Positions 45,269-55,182 of a stretch of DNA of 64,000 nt are shown here, in pieces (position 1 is the stretch's first letter; each line of letters opens with the position of its first letter). The notes beneath the pieces are model-generated. The model did no database searches and was not told the origin of the DNA. It saw only the letters and a program-made list of their open reading frames with translations. Location of the stretch: the NCBI GenBank assembly GCA_963786955.1, contig CAWBAT010000004.1, positions 768,001 to 832,000 of the forward strand. The letters are read 5' to 3'. Source of the DNA: an uncultured Acidimicrobiia bacterium. GTDB lineage: Bacteria > Acidobacteriota > Terriglobia > Versatilivoradales > Versatilivoraceae. Position numbers and translations under genes: made by a program.

Positions 45269-46765
45269 TCAGCGGGACAGTGAGGGATGAAACACAGGGA
45301 TTAAAGGAAGCTCGATGATGAAACGGGCCCCCTTGTCGGGTTCGCTCTCTACCATGATTTGCCCGCCATGATTGAGAACAATTCGTTTGCAGGTTGCTAG
45401 TCCAAGACCCGTTCCGTGCTTCTTGGTGGTAAAAAAAGGGTGAAAGATTTTGCTTAGCTTGTCTTTGGGAATTCCGGGGCCATCATCTGCCACCTCTACT
45501 TGGATTTTGGAGTCGCCGAGACTCTTCACCTTTACGGTTACGATCCCGTTTGTTTCAATCGCTTCGATGCTATTTAAGATCAAATTCATGAAAAGCTGTT
45601 TTAGCTCGTTCTCATCGCCAATTAAAAATGGGATGCTTCCCAGGTGTTTCAGGCGCAGCGAGATCTTCTTTGAGTCTGCCAGCTTCTTCAGGAACGAGAG
45701 AATCTCTTTGAACAGCTCTACGAGATCGGTCCTCACGAAATCCGGGTTCCCGGGTTTCGAGAACGACAACAAGTTCATCACGCTGCGATCAATTCGCCTC
45801 ACTTCAGAGAGGACTTCGACCAGGATCGCACGGTGAGGATGATATTCCGGCAAGCTGTCGCAAATGATCTCGATCGCGCCCTTAATTCCCGCTAATGGAT
45901 TCTTAATTTCATGAGCCAATCCAGCCGTCAACTCCCCGATTGCAGAAAGCTTTTCCATCTGGGATAAATGCCGGTCCATCAGTTTCTGTTCAGTCACATC
46001 TTTAAGCACAGAGGAGAATCCGATCAGCTTCCCTTCGGGGTCTTTGATCGCCGTGCGAGTGAAGATGACATCAATGAGTTGTCGATCCTTGGTCAATCGT
46101 TGAGTTTGGTAACTGCGTAAGAAGCCTTCGTTGCGAGAGATCTTGGAGATTTGTTCGAGTTCTTTTCTTTCACTGAGATGTGGAGGCAGCAGGATATCCA
46201 AGGATTGTCCCAGCATTTCTTCCTCGGAATAGCCAAAGATCGCTTCTGCGCCTTTGTTCCAGGTGGTAATTCGCTCTCGTGCGATCGAGTGTGAAGATGG
46301 CATCTACCGAATTTCGCAGGATGCTCGCAAAAAACTGCTCTTTCTCCCGAATGACTGTCTCGAGTTCCCGGATCCGGCTCAAATCATGGCAAAGGATAAC
46401 CATCCCTTCCCGTGTCCATGGTCGGAAGGAACAACCGAAACCGAGAGTTTGACCGGAATTTCTCTACTCTCTTTTCCTCGAAGAAGCGTTTCGAAATGAT
46501 ATACCCCCTGGCGATCCTTCAAGGCAGTTGAGATCCTCTGCATCTCCTCTTCTCCTTCCGGTAGAAGCTCTCGAAAGGGTTTCCCAAGGATTTCCGCAAC
46601 CGAATAGCCCAGAAGTTCTTGTGCCCTTGGGATTGAGGGAATTTAGCAACCCTTCCGCGTCGAGGGAGAAGATGGCCTCGTCGACGACACACGACCCGGC
46701 AGTTCTCCTGGCAGATATCTTCTGAACTCGGGAAAGGAGAGTTCAATGGAGATGTCAACTTCCAT
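45269..46765 (-). CDS. PAS-domain sensor histidine kinase (multiple frameshifts in the N-terminal part)
   Basis: NSVDAIFTLD..WNKGAE, AHEIKNPL, NSIEA, GTGLGL; probable start MEVDIS at 46765. Confidence 0.85.
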
Positions 46766-46877
46766 TGAATTGATCAGTTGGTCTCTCAGGCACGAATTCG
46801 CACCTTCATAAAATTGGGTATACTTCAAATCATGGAAACTATTTCTACCAACTGCATCACGCAAATGAGACTTCCGA

Positions 46878-47006
46878 AGTACTGCTATTCATAATTGCGG
46901 TGACGTATCTTAAGATAGGCGCCGCGTGGGGTCACGCGGCCTACAAAGTTGTAGGCCGGGTCACCGACCCGGCGTTACCGTTACCTTATTTACGAAAAGC
47001 ATTACT
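46878..47006. mobile_element. MITE-like element with an internal GTAG-REP doublet, copy 1
   Basis: Ends AGTACTGCTATTCATAATTGCGGTGACG / CCGTTACCTTATTTACGAAAAGCATTACT; inverted homolog at 57143-57287. Confidence 0.7.
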
Positions 47007-47214
47007 AAGCGGACCACTACCTGCTGAATTCTTCAGCACTTAATCTTCCAAAGCTAACCCCAATATGAAGACTGCTTGAGGTAAGGCGTACCCAGACCGT
47101 CATGTTCCCGTGGGGGATTTAGCGAGCCATTGGGTGAATTCGTCCAGGTCGGAAAAGACGTTTTTCTTCCCCGGCTGGGGAGGAACGGATTCCGGCAGGA
47201 AGAGAATAAGCGGT

Positions 47215-47736
47215 CTATTTGAGGGCTTCACGGCAAGAAGGGCAAAAGAGATTGGATTTTAGGTCAATCTGTTCTACCGAATTCGACGGGTGCATGACGC
47301 AGTCATAGGTGGAACAGTGATGTAGACCAAAAGTATGGCCCAATTCATGGATGGCTTCTTTTTCGCATCGGGCGTATAACAGATCGCGGTCTTCCGGCAA
47401 GCCGTAAAACCGCTGTCTCAACCGGCAAATGGAGATGAGAGCAGAACGGTTGCTCAGTTGAGCTTCTCCAAACACGAAGGTGAGAATGGGAATAAACAGA
47501 TCGACATCGCAAACACCCAAAAGCTTTGCCGAATCGCCATTGGTACAGTTCCGGATTTCTCCTAACAGGAGGGTAGAATAATATTGCTGTCGACCTGTAT
47601 GATAAGCAATGGCTGGGGCAATGACCTTCTTTTCCAGGCTGCATGGCATTTTCAACGTATCCGCTAAAGCCACCTGAAGCCAGGAGAGTATCTCAGAATC
47701 GACATCCCCGATACGAACGAGACGGATTTCTTGCAT
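47215..47736 (-). CDS. archaemetzincin-family Zn metalloprotease
   Basis: RQQY, DVDLFIPILTFVFG, KEAIHELGHTFGLHHC..CVM..S..CPSC. Confidence 0.92.
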   Translation of the reverse strand: MQEIRLVRIGDVDSEILSWLQVALADTLKMPCSLEKKVIAPAIAYHTGRQQYYSTLLLGEIRNCTNGDSAKLLGVCDVDLFIPILTFVFGEAQLSNRSALISICRLRQRFYGLPEDRDLLYARCEKEAIHELGHTFGLHHCSTYDCVMHPSNSVEQIDLKSNLFCPSCREALK

Positions 47737-47774
47737 GGACTAATTCGCGGATCCTGCGCAACGATGAGCAGAAG

Positions 47775-49226
47775 TCAGTGCGGAAGACTGGCCCCCTCCT
47801 TTCGTTCTATATTCTCGGGTGATTGACCCTCCTCGCTCACTGGACCGGTTTCCCATCGATCGGCTCCTTTTGAGGCGGCCTCTCTTTTCAGTTCGTATCT
47901 CTTGATCTTGTTGTAGAGAGTCACCCGGTCAATCTCTAGCAGCCGGGCTGCTTGTGAAATATTCCAACCCGTTTCGGTCAATACACGTTGAATATGTTGG
48001 GCCTCGATCGCGGAAATTGAACGATTTCCAGGCAACTGAGGAGACCCATGAGTTTGCAGGGGAAGATCGGCTGGTTCGATCTCGCGCCCTCTGCAGACAA
48101 GGACAGCACGTTCTATGGCGTTCTGTAACTCTCTCACGTTTCCGGGCCAATCATACGCCATGAGCAATCCCATGGCATTGGGGGAAGCGCAAATTACCTG
48201 TTTGTTCATCGACACACTGTGTTTCCGAATAAAATGATCCGCTAAGAGCGGAATGTCTTCCCGACGCTCGCGAAGCGGCGGGATCGTGATTGAAAAGACA
48301 TTCAGCCGATAGTACAGATCCTCCCGAAATGTGCCTTTGGCCACCAGGTTCTCCAGATTCCGATTGGTCGCGGCAACCAGCCGGAAATCAACCGAGAGGG
48401 CCTCATTTCCGCCTACCCGGGTAATCTTCTTTTCCTCAATGACCCGCAAAAGATCAATCTGTGTCTTCAGACTGATATCCCCGATTTCATCGAGGAAAAG
48501 GGTCCCCCCATCAGCCATTTCAAACTTTCCTTTTCTCCGGTATTGGGCTCCCGTAAAGGACCCCTTTTCATGACCAAAAAGCTCGCTTTCGAGAATCCCC
48601 TCCGAAAGCGCGCCACAATTAACAACCAGGATGGGCATATATCGCCTGGGGCTATTCGCGTGGATCGCCCTGGCCACCAATTCCTTGCCTGTTCCACTTT
48701 CTCCCCGGATGAGGATCGTCGTGTCGGTGGCTGAAACCAGCATTACCTGCTCCAAGACACGTCGCATGGCGCCACTCCGTCCAACAATTTCGTGAAAACG
48801 GGACAATTCATCAATCTTTTCTCGCAATCGCAAGTTTTCAGAAAAGAGCACTCGTCGTTCTGCGGCATTCCTAACCAAGTGTTCCAGGTCATCCGGGTCG
48901 ATCGGTTTGACGACGTAGTCATAAGCACCTTGTTTCATGGCCTCCACCGCCGTTTCCACAGAGGCGTAAGCGGTCATCAGAATGATCGTGGAGTTCGGAT
49001 CAACCTTTCGTATCCTTTTTTGCAGCTCCAGCCCATCCATTCCCGGCATTTTAATATCCAGCAAATAGATATCCCATTGCTGTTGGGTGAGCTTTTCAAG
49101 AGCTTCCTTTCCTGATCCGGCCACATCAACTTGATAACCCTCTTCCTCAAACCAGCTCTTAAGAGAATCTCGCACACTCGCTTCGTCATCTGCGATTAAG
49201 ATCCGGATATTACTATTTTTTACCAT
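47775..49226 (-). CDS. NtrC-family sigma54-dependent response regulator
   Basis: Receiver (LLDIKMPG), GESGTGKE, GSFTGA, WPGNVREL, HTH. Confidence 0.95.
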   Translation of the reverse strand: MVKNSNIRILIADDEASVRDSLKSWFEEEGYQVDVAGSGKEALEKLTQQQWDIYLLDIKMPGMDGLELQKRIRKVDPNSTIILMTAYASVETAVEAMKQGAYDYVVKPIDPDDLEHLVRNAAERRVLFSENLRLREKIDELSRFHEIVGRSGAMRRVLEQVMLVSATDTTILIRGESGTGKELVARAIHANSPRRYMPILVVNCGALSEGILESELFGHEKGSFTGAQYRRKGKFEMADGGTLFLDEIGDISLKTQIDLLRVIEEKKITRVGGNEALSVDFRLVAATNRNLENLVAKGTFREDLYYRLNVFSITIPPLRERREDIPLLADHFIRKHSVSMNKQVICASPNAMGLLMAYDWPGNVRELQNAIERAVLVCRGREIEPADLPLQTHGSPQLPGNRSISAIEAQHIQRVLTETGWNISQAARLLEIDRVTLYNKIKRYELKREAASKGADRWETGPVSEEGQSPENIERKEGASLPH

Positions 49227-49237
49227 GATGCACCTCG

Positions 49238-50893
49238 TTAGGCTTCCACTCCATGGGGTAATAACTCAGTATTCTTCTCGTGCTCGGCGTCCTGCTCATC
49301 CTTTGTTCTTAAGGGCAATCGTATGAGGAAGGCGGTCCCTTTGCCCGGACTGGACTGGACTTCAATGGTCCCGCTGTGCTGTTGAACAATGCCGTAAACC
49401 ACAGCCAAACCTAAGCCAACACCTTTTCCTTGTTCCTTGGTGGTAAAGAACGGTTCAAAAATATGTTTCTGGGTCTCTTCGTTCATTCCGATCCCATTGT
49501 CTTGGATGGTTACTTCCACAACTGACTTTTCCACGCATTGTTGGGTGCGAATTTCGAGGATACCTTCTCCTGCCGGCATGGCTTCACAGGCATTAATGAT
49601 GAGTGCAACCAGAGCCTGCCGAATCAGCTGTGCATCACAGAAGACCTGAGGAAGAGCCTCATCCAAACGTAACAAGGTCTGGAGGTTCATCAGGTCAATC
49701 TTGTGCTGAACGAGTCGCAGAGATTGTCGAATCAATTCATTCAAAGGATTCGGCTGGAGATTGACCGTGGTCTGCCGAGCAAATTGGAGGAGGTTCTTGA
49801 CAATTTCACCGCAGCGAGCCGATTCGCTGGCAATGACTTCGAGGTATTGAGTGGCGGTTTCAGCTTTTGGGAGAGTTCCCTTCTCATTTCTTATCTGTTT
49901 AAGCAGAAGCTTGGCATAGGTCAGAATCCCACTCAAAGGATTGTTGATTTCATGCGCAACGATGGCCGCCAACTTGCCAATGGAAGACATTCGTTCCGCA
50001 TAAACAATTTGCTTTTGTGCACTCTGGAGTTCTTCCGTCTTCTCGCGAATCCGGTTCTCTAGCGTTTTGTTCCATTCATCGAGCTGGCCTTTGGCACGCC
50101 GCAATTCCAGAACCATCTGATTAAATGAAGCCGCCAGCTGGCCAATTTCGTCCCGCGACGAGACCGGGATCAGTTCATCCAGATTCCCTGAGGCGACACG
50201 TTTTGTTCCCAGCGTGAGTTGCTTGACGGGCCGATAAACCATCAGCCAGATCGGTGCCCCGATCAACAATGGGATCGCAATGATCGCGAAGATAAAACTG
50301 ACCACGACACTCTGGGTTCCATCGGCGATGGCCTCGTCAACCTTGGCCATCGACATGGTCACATCTAATACGCCGAGCACTTGTTTATCGGGGGGATGAG
50401 CATGACAGTCGGAGTTGGTGCAACTCGGCTCATTCTCTATCGGGTTAATCAGCCCTAGATTCCGTTTTCCGCCCGATGCATTGTATATCCGCATCCGGTC
50501 GGGCCTTTTCAGACGGCGGAGAGGCTCCCCTTGAAAATGACAGGCCGTACAGGCTTCCGCCTGCTTGTCCACGAAGGTGCCCACCTCATTAGGATCGGTG
50601 GAATAACTGATTCTTCCATTCTCGTTATAAATGCGGATCTTGCCGATGCCGGGCTCCCCCCCGATCGTGCTAATAATGTGATAGACTTCATCGCGATGGT
50701 TCTGGAGCATGGAGTAGCGAGTACTTCGCTTAATGGTGTCGCTGATACGGTCGGCACTGACAAATACAGACTCCTCAAGATGCTGCCGGTGCAAACGAAC
50801 AACCTGCCTCCCCAACAAGACAAAGATCAAAAGCAAAACAACTACCAAGCAAATCGTGAGTCTAAGGCTGAGATTGAATGAACGGGTTGACAT
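49238..50893 (-). CDS. HAMP sensor histidine kinase with periplasmic heme c-binding motifs
   Basis: Two TM helices flank CTACH and CTNSDCH; HAMP domain; AHEINNPL; GVGLGL. Confidence 0.93.
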   Translation of the reverse strand: MSTRSFNLSLRLTICLVVVLLLIFVLLGRQVVRLHRQHLEESVFVSADRISDTIKRSTRYSMLQNHRDEVYHIISTIGGEPGIGKIRIYNENGRISYSTDPNEVGTFVDKQAEACTACHFQGEPLRRLKRPDRMRIYNASGGKRNLGLINPIENEPSCTNSDCHAHPPDKQVLGVLDVTMSMAKVDEAIADGTQSVVVSFIFAIIAIPLLIGAPIWLMVYRPVKQLTLGTKRVASGNLDELIPVSSRDEIGQLAASFNQMVLELRRAKGQLDEWNKTLENRIREKTEELQSAQKQIVYAERMSSIGKLAAIVAHEINNPLSGILTYAKLLLKQIRNEKGTLPKAETATQYLEVIASESARCGEIVKNLLQFARQTTVNLQPNPLNELIRQSLRLVQHKIDLMNLQTLLRLDEALPQVFCDAQLIRQALVALIINACEAMPAGEGILEIRTQQCVEKSVVEVTIQDNGIGMNEETQKHIFEPFFTTKEQGKGVGLGLAVVYGIVQQHSGTIEVQSSPGKGTAFLIRLPLRTKDEQDAEHEKNTELLPHGVEA

Positions 50894-50930
50894 CCCGGTC
50901 TCTATCCTTCAAGCCAATGGCTTCTTTTAT

Positions 50931-52535
50931 CTATTCGCTTTGATGACAAAGTTGGCAGTCCTCTTTGGTGCTGAAAGACTTTTTCCCATCATGGCAGCTC
51001 CCACATTGGTCTTCCCGATGCATATCGATCTTCTTATCCAGACGAGAAGACTTCAGGCTCGATTTCAGGATTGCAAAGCGTTGAGTGTGGCAGAAACTGC
51101 AATCCGGCCGTTTCATGTCGATGTGTGAAGCATGACGAAAAGTGACTATTCCCAGGCTCCCCTCACCCTGCGGAAAAACGATGTCGTCGGGCAGTCTGAG
51201 TTGCTTCAACCCTTCGTCGGGACTGGGTGCTGCTTCCTTCCCGGAAGCGGACACGATTGCCGGGTTAGTTCGCAATAATATTCCGCTGACAGCCAACGAC
51301 ATGCTACCGAACAGGAAAACCCCTCCAAGGGCTAGAACCAACGTTGTGCTGCTCAATAGGGGCTGCTGTAACACAACGGGCGCTAAAAACTCAGGGGACA
51401 CTTCCTCTGATCCTTTTGAACTCTCCTCTGGAAAAACGGGCAATGTTTTTATGGCGATTCTGAACAGAAGGAAACCAAGTGCCACGATACTTAAGGTCAC
51501 GGATAGTTCAGTCCAGCTGGGAAAGTACTGCCGACCCAAAGCGCCTTCCATTCCCGAGATACTGATGTTCAATCGATTCATGACAAATCCCAGGATCACC
51601 AGCACAGAAGAAACAAAAAGGCTAAAATGGTTGTGCCTTATCCGCGGGATGGCGAGCAGGACAATGGGAGCGAGTATTCCCAACACGATTTCCGCCAGGA
51701 ACATTCGAGCTTCATAGGTCGGCTCAAAAATCTCGCTCAATACACCCCTTCCTCCCAAGTCCTGAAGCTTAAGAACGAAATAGACACTCAAAGCCACGAC
51801 AATGACTTTGGCCAAGTCAGCAAGAAGATCTATCTCCAGGCGCTTCCGGAATGCGCGGTAGCTCAGGAAGGACTCGAGAATCGTCATGGCACAACCCAGC
51901 GCGATCGCTGAGATGAAGAAAAATACCGGAAGAAACGATGAATACCAGAATGGATGGAGCTTGTGAGGCACAATCAAGTAGAGCGATCCCAGCGACGACT
52001 GGTGGAGCGTGGACAAGATCACACCCAATATGACCAAGGGAATCATCACTGACTTCACGATCTTAAACGGGAGTTCCCATTTCAAGTGCTGCAATAGCAT
52101 GGGACTAAATTCGAGGGCCAGCACCGTCGTGTAGAGGGTAACGCACCACCCCACTTCGAACATCACGGAACGGGGATTCCACATCACCAGTGGGTGCCAG
52201 ATACGGTAAGGCCTACCTAGATCAAAAAGCAGCGCAATGATGACCAACAAATATCCAAGGAAGGCCGTCAAGATGGTGGGACGTACGATCGGTTTGAACC
52301 GTCGGATGTTGAAAATGTAAACACAGGCGCTGATCGTGAATCCGCCCGCCGCCAGTGCCACTCCACAGAGAATGTCGAATCCAATCCACAACCCCCACGG
52401 AAAGCTGTCACTGAGAGCCGTACTGGCTCCCAAGCCTTGAGTAAAGCGAATATAGGCGCTGTAAAGCCCGCAGGCAAAAATGAAAGAGACCAGTACCCGC
52501 CAAAATGTCAGCTTAGGAAATGACGTCCTCTCCAT
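50931..52535 (-). CDS. NrfD/HybB-family membrane subunit fused to a C-terminal triheme c7-like cytochrome
   Basis: Start MERTSF after GGAGGA; PWGLW, DLGRP.R, SVMFEV, STLHQSSLG; tail VTFRHASH..CSFCH..CGSCH..CQLCH. Confidence 0.9.
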   Translation of the reverse strand: MERTSFPKLTFWRVLVSFIFACGLYSAYIRFTQGLGASTALSDSFPWGLWIGFDILCGVALAAGGFTISACVYIFNIRRFKPIVRPTILTAFLGYLLVIIALLFDLGRPYRIWHPLVMWNPRSVMFEVGWCVTLYTTVLALEFSPMLLQHLKWELPFKIVKSVMIPLVILGVILSTLHQSSLGSLYLIVPHKLHPFWYSSFLPVFFFISAIALGCAMTILESFLSYRAFRKRLEIDLLADLAKVIVVALSVYFVLKLQDLGGRGVLSEIFEPTYEARMFLAEIVLGILAPIVLLAIPRIRHNHFSLFVSSVLVILGFVMNRLNISISGMEGALGRQYFPSWTELSVTLSIVALGFLLFRIAIKTLPVFPEESSKGSEEVSPEFLAPVVLQQPLLSSTTLVLALGGVFLFGSMSLAVSGILLRTNPAIVSASGKEAAPSPDEGLKQLRLPDDIVFPQGEGSLGIVTFRHASHIDMKRPDCSFCHTQRFAILKSSLKSSRLDKKIDMHREDQCGSCHDGKKSFSTKEDCQLCHQSE

Positions 52536-52627
52536 AATTCCTCCACAATGTAAGAGGGATAAGTCTTCGTGCTCATCAGAACCCGGCCAGTTCAAGCAAG
52601 AATTGCCGCCCCTGGCTGTAAGCGCGT

Positions 52628-53383
52628 TTACTCGGACCCGGAGCTTTTGGCAACCTTTTCGCGCCGGGCTGTTATCCACCAGATTCCGCCTAGAAGCACA
52701 TTCCCCAACAAGACGAAGTTGGGTATCTTCTGCAAAACGTGCCAAGTTAGCAGAGGCAACGGCTCCTTCTCAATTTGAGTGGGATAGCCTAACTCCCCCA
52801 AAGGGACATCCGAGATCAATAGAACCGAGGTTCCCCCCACTTCCTCAAGACCATAGATATGGTTTATGTACTTTCCTGACGGAGTGGATAATCGCCGGCG
52901 CGCTTCTTCAATCAATTCTTCCCGATTCCCAAATAGGGTGGCCTGCGTGGGGCAGGCTTCCGCGCAAGCCGTGGGAAGCCCTTGAGCCAGTCGGTCAGAG
53001 CAGAGGTCACATTTTCGCACTCTGGGAAGAACTTTATTCCATTCGTATTTCGGGATGTCAAAAGGACAAGCCACCATGCAATAGCGGCAGCCTATACATC
53101 GATCTTCATAGTAGACTACGGGTCCTGCCTCGGTCTTCCGCAGGGCGGCTACCGGGCAGACGGAGGCACAAGTCGGGGTCTCGCAATGCATGCACAGACG
53201 TCGGACGAATCGACCGTGGGTCTGTTTGACGACGGTATAAGTCTCCGCCGAAAGATTATCTTTCAGGAAATCGATGCTGGATGAAGGCAGGCTGTTTCTT
53301 TCTTTACAGGCTATGTAGCAAGCTCCGCAGCCGACACAGCGCGTGCTATCGAAGAGGATTCCTTTCTTCGTCGAATTGTCCAT
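52628..53383 (-). CDS. HybA/FdnH-like 4x[4Fe-4S] protein with a C-terminal TM anchor
   Basis: CVGCGAC..C, CMHC..PTC..CP, CIGCRYC..CP, KCDLC..C..CP, EVGGT; start MDNSTKK after AAGGA; no Tat signal. Confidence 0.9.
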   Translation of the reverse strand: MDNSTKKGILFDSTRCVGCGACYIACKERNSLPSSSIDFLKDNLSAETYTVVKQTHGRFVRRLCMHCETPTCASVCPVAALRKTEAGPVVYYEDRCIGCRYCMVACPFDIPKYEWNKVLPRVRKCDLCSDRLAQGLPTACAEACPTQATLFGNREELIEEARRRLSTPSGKYINHIYGLEEVGGTSVLLISDVPLGELGYPTQIEKEPLPLLTWHVLQKIPNFVLLGNVLLGGIWWITARREKVAKSSGSE

Positions 53384-53432
53384 AGGGGCGTCCTTTGACG
53401 ATCGACACACCCCCTCCCGTCTGTTGAATAAT

Positions 53433-53447
53433 GCAACTTCCCTTCCA
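53433..53447 (-). promoter_or_regulatory. putative sigma54 promoter for the hybA-like gene
   Basis: Minus strand TGGAAGGGAAGTTGC followed by A. Confidence 0.55.
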
Positions 53448-53634
53448 AAGCACGTTTTGTTGAAAATCAAATCAGTTCTTTTGGAAATGGCTGACGGGCC
53501 TTAGCTTGTCTTGCTTCTCGACCCTTGAAAGCAGTCCTTCGATGACAATTCCTAGAAGGAAAGTGGGGCAAAAAGCCAAACAGCTATTGGGGTTTCGAGA
53601 GATTTGGCCGAGTCAGCGTGAGGATACCGGGGCC

Positions 53635-54348
53635 TCACGCTGTTCTCATTTTGGATTGGTCATTGTGTAAGAATTCTCTGGTGAATTTATTCCAGGTGTC
53701 ATTGTCCATCAATTCCAATACTCCACTGGTGATTTCTCCTCCATCCTGGAGGACGATTCCCAGAGCGGTATTTTCAACCGGCCTCGACAGAATGAAGTCT
53801 TGAAGCCGTCTTGCTTCGGTCTTAAGCCAGGCTAACGCTTCCTCTGCAATCAACATTTGTCTAAGATTGCTCGCAAGATTGCGGGGACGCAAGGAACAGA
53901 GCCAGCCTTCACGATATGGATCCCTTGGGACCCTGCCGAGATCTTTGGAAAGCGCTTCATTGACCATTTCTACGACTCCATCGATGGGTGCTTTGAAAGT
54001 GGCTTCCCGTTCCCCTTGGCGGAGGGTGAAAAGATCATCACCGCGCCGGAATTCCTGCCCGACCCGAGGCAGTAGGAGCTTGTCTATTGTGCCCATGGCG
54101 TACTGAGCAAATGCATCGATCCCCACATTGGCAGTTCCGTCCAGATTAAGACTAAGCCAGGTATGACCGCGATCCGTATAGATGCCTCCTGGGAGAGACT
54201 TAACCGTATCAGGAAAGTTCCAAGGACTTCTTTGAGCTGGCTTGGGTCCAGAAGCCGCCTCTAGGCGTTTGAATTCTGATTTCTGTACGAGGGCGTCCAC
54301 CAGAATAAATGCTACGATCGTGAAAATAACAAATATGGCAACCATCAC
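53635..54348 (-). CDS. membrane-anchored GcvH-fold protein lacking the lipoyl-Lys
   Basis: N-terminal TM; GHTW..VGIDAFA..LPRVG..APIDG..VNE..DPY..GW; DGG in the C-terminal tail. Confidence 0.85.
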   Translation of the reverse strand: MMVAIFVIFTIVAFILVDALVQKSEFKRLEAASGPKPAQRSPWNFPDTVKSLPGGIYTDRGHTWLSLNLDGTANVGIDAFAQYAMGTIDKLLLPRVGQEFRRGDDLFTLRQGEREATFKAPIDGVVEMVNEALSKDLGRVPRDPYREGWLCSLRPRNLASNLRQMLIAEEALAWLKTEARRLQDFILSRPVENTALGIVLQDGGEITSGVLELMDNDTWNKFTREFLHNDQSKMRTA

Positions 54349-55142
54349 AATCCTCCTTTCAGAAACAACGCAATCATCTTCCGTTGTTGATCGGGACTTA
54401 AAAAAGCAATGAAATTTTCGAAGGGCCTTCCGCCGTCAGGCAGTGTTGTTCCTAGATCGGCACTGGACTGGTCTATCAATTTGGCTAGCTCATGATTTAA
54501 GCGGCAATATTCATTTGCAGACCAGGCTTTGGCCTGTTCACCATAATGAAATTCTTTGAGGCTACTCTCCAAATTGTCTGGTCGCATGTACAAAGCCCAT
54601 CCTTCCCCATAAGGGTCTTGATTCATGAGGGAGGGAGACACCATGAGCTTTTCATTTCTCTTCTCAATGGTCCCTTTTATCGGGATAGGAACTTCCGTTT
54701 CGCCGGCCCCGTGGGCGATTCTCCAACAGGCATTCCCATTGGAAACCTGGGTTTCTGCAACGGGTAGCCCCACACTGTAAATCCTTCCAACCAAGCGTTG
54801 GGCAAAGTCATCCAGACCGATCCTCACTTTCCCTTCTTCCTCAACTCGCGCCCATACATGCGCTGGGTGCAAAAAAACATCCCCGATGTATTCCTGGCTG
54901 CCAAGCGGTACGGTATGCCTCGTTCCGTCGTGTCCTGGGCGGTGTCGGTGAGAGTCGGTTTCCCCAGCCGTGCACTGATTTTCTTTTGTCTCAAGCCATG
55001 CCTGGTAAAATGCACAATGTTCACAGTCATAATCACGATCGCAGAGCTTGAAATTGACCGTGCCAGACATCATCCAGATACATTTGAGAAGTCGAATTTC
55101 AGCTTGTTGACCCTGTCCTTCCTTTTTCCAATAATCGATCAT
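54345..55142 (-). CDS. GcvH-fold protein with an N-terminal Cys4 motif, lacking the lipoyl-Lys
   Basis: CIWM..G..KLCDRDYDCEHC; HVW..IGLDDFAQ..P.KG..NE..DPYGEGW; start MIDYW after AAGGAGG. Confidence 0.85.
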   Translation of the reverse strand: MIDYWKKEGQGQQAEIRLLKCIWMMSGTVNFKLCDRDYDCEHCAFYQAWLETKENQCTAGETDSHRHRPGHDGTRHTVPLGSQEYIGDVFLHPAHVWARVEEEGKVRIGLDDFAQRLVGRIYSVGLPVAETQVSNGNACWRIAHGAGETEVPIPIKGTIEKRNEKLMVSPSLMNQDPYGEGWALYMRPDNLESSLKEFHYGEQAKAWSANEYCRLNHELAKLIDQSSADLGTTLPDGGRPFENFIAFLSPDQQRKMIALFLKGGL

Positions 55143-55182
55143 GGTCACCCTCCTTCTCCAACAGATCTCAACCTCTACTAGG

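Noticed and set aside
50931-53383. Hydrogenase-2 (hyb) operon
   Set aside because: No large or small hydrogenase subunit and no maturation genes in the window
53635-55142. True glycine cleavage system H proteins or LbpA lipoate-binding proteins
   Set aside because: The lipoyl-Lys is absent and there are no gcvT/gcvP, lipoate ligase or sHdr genes nearby
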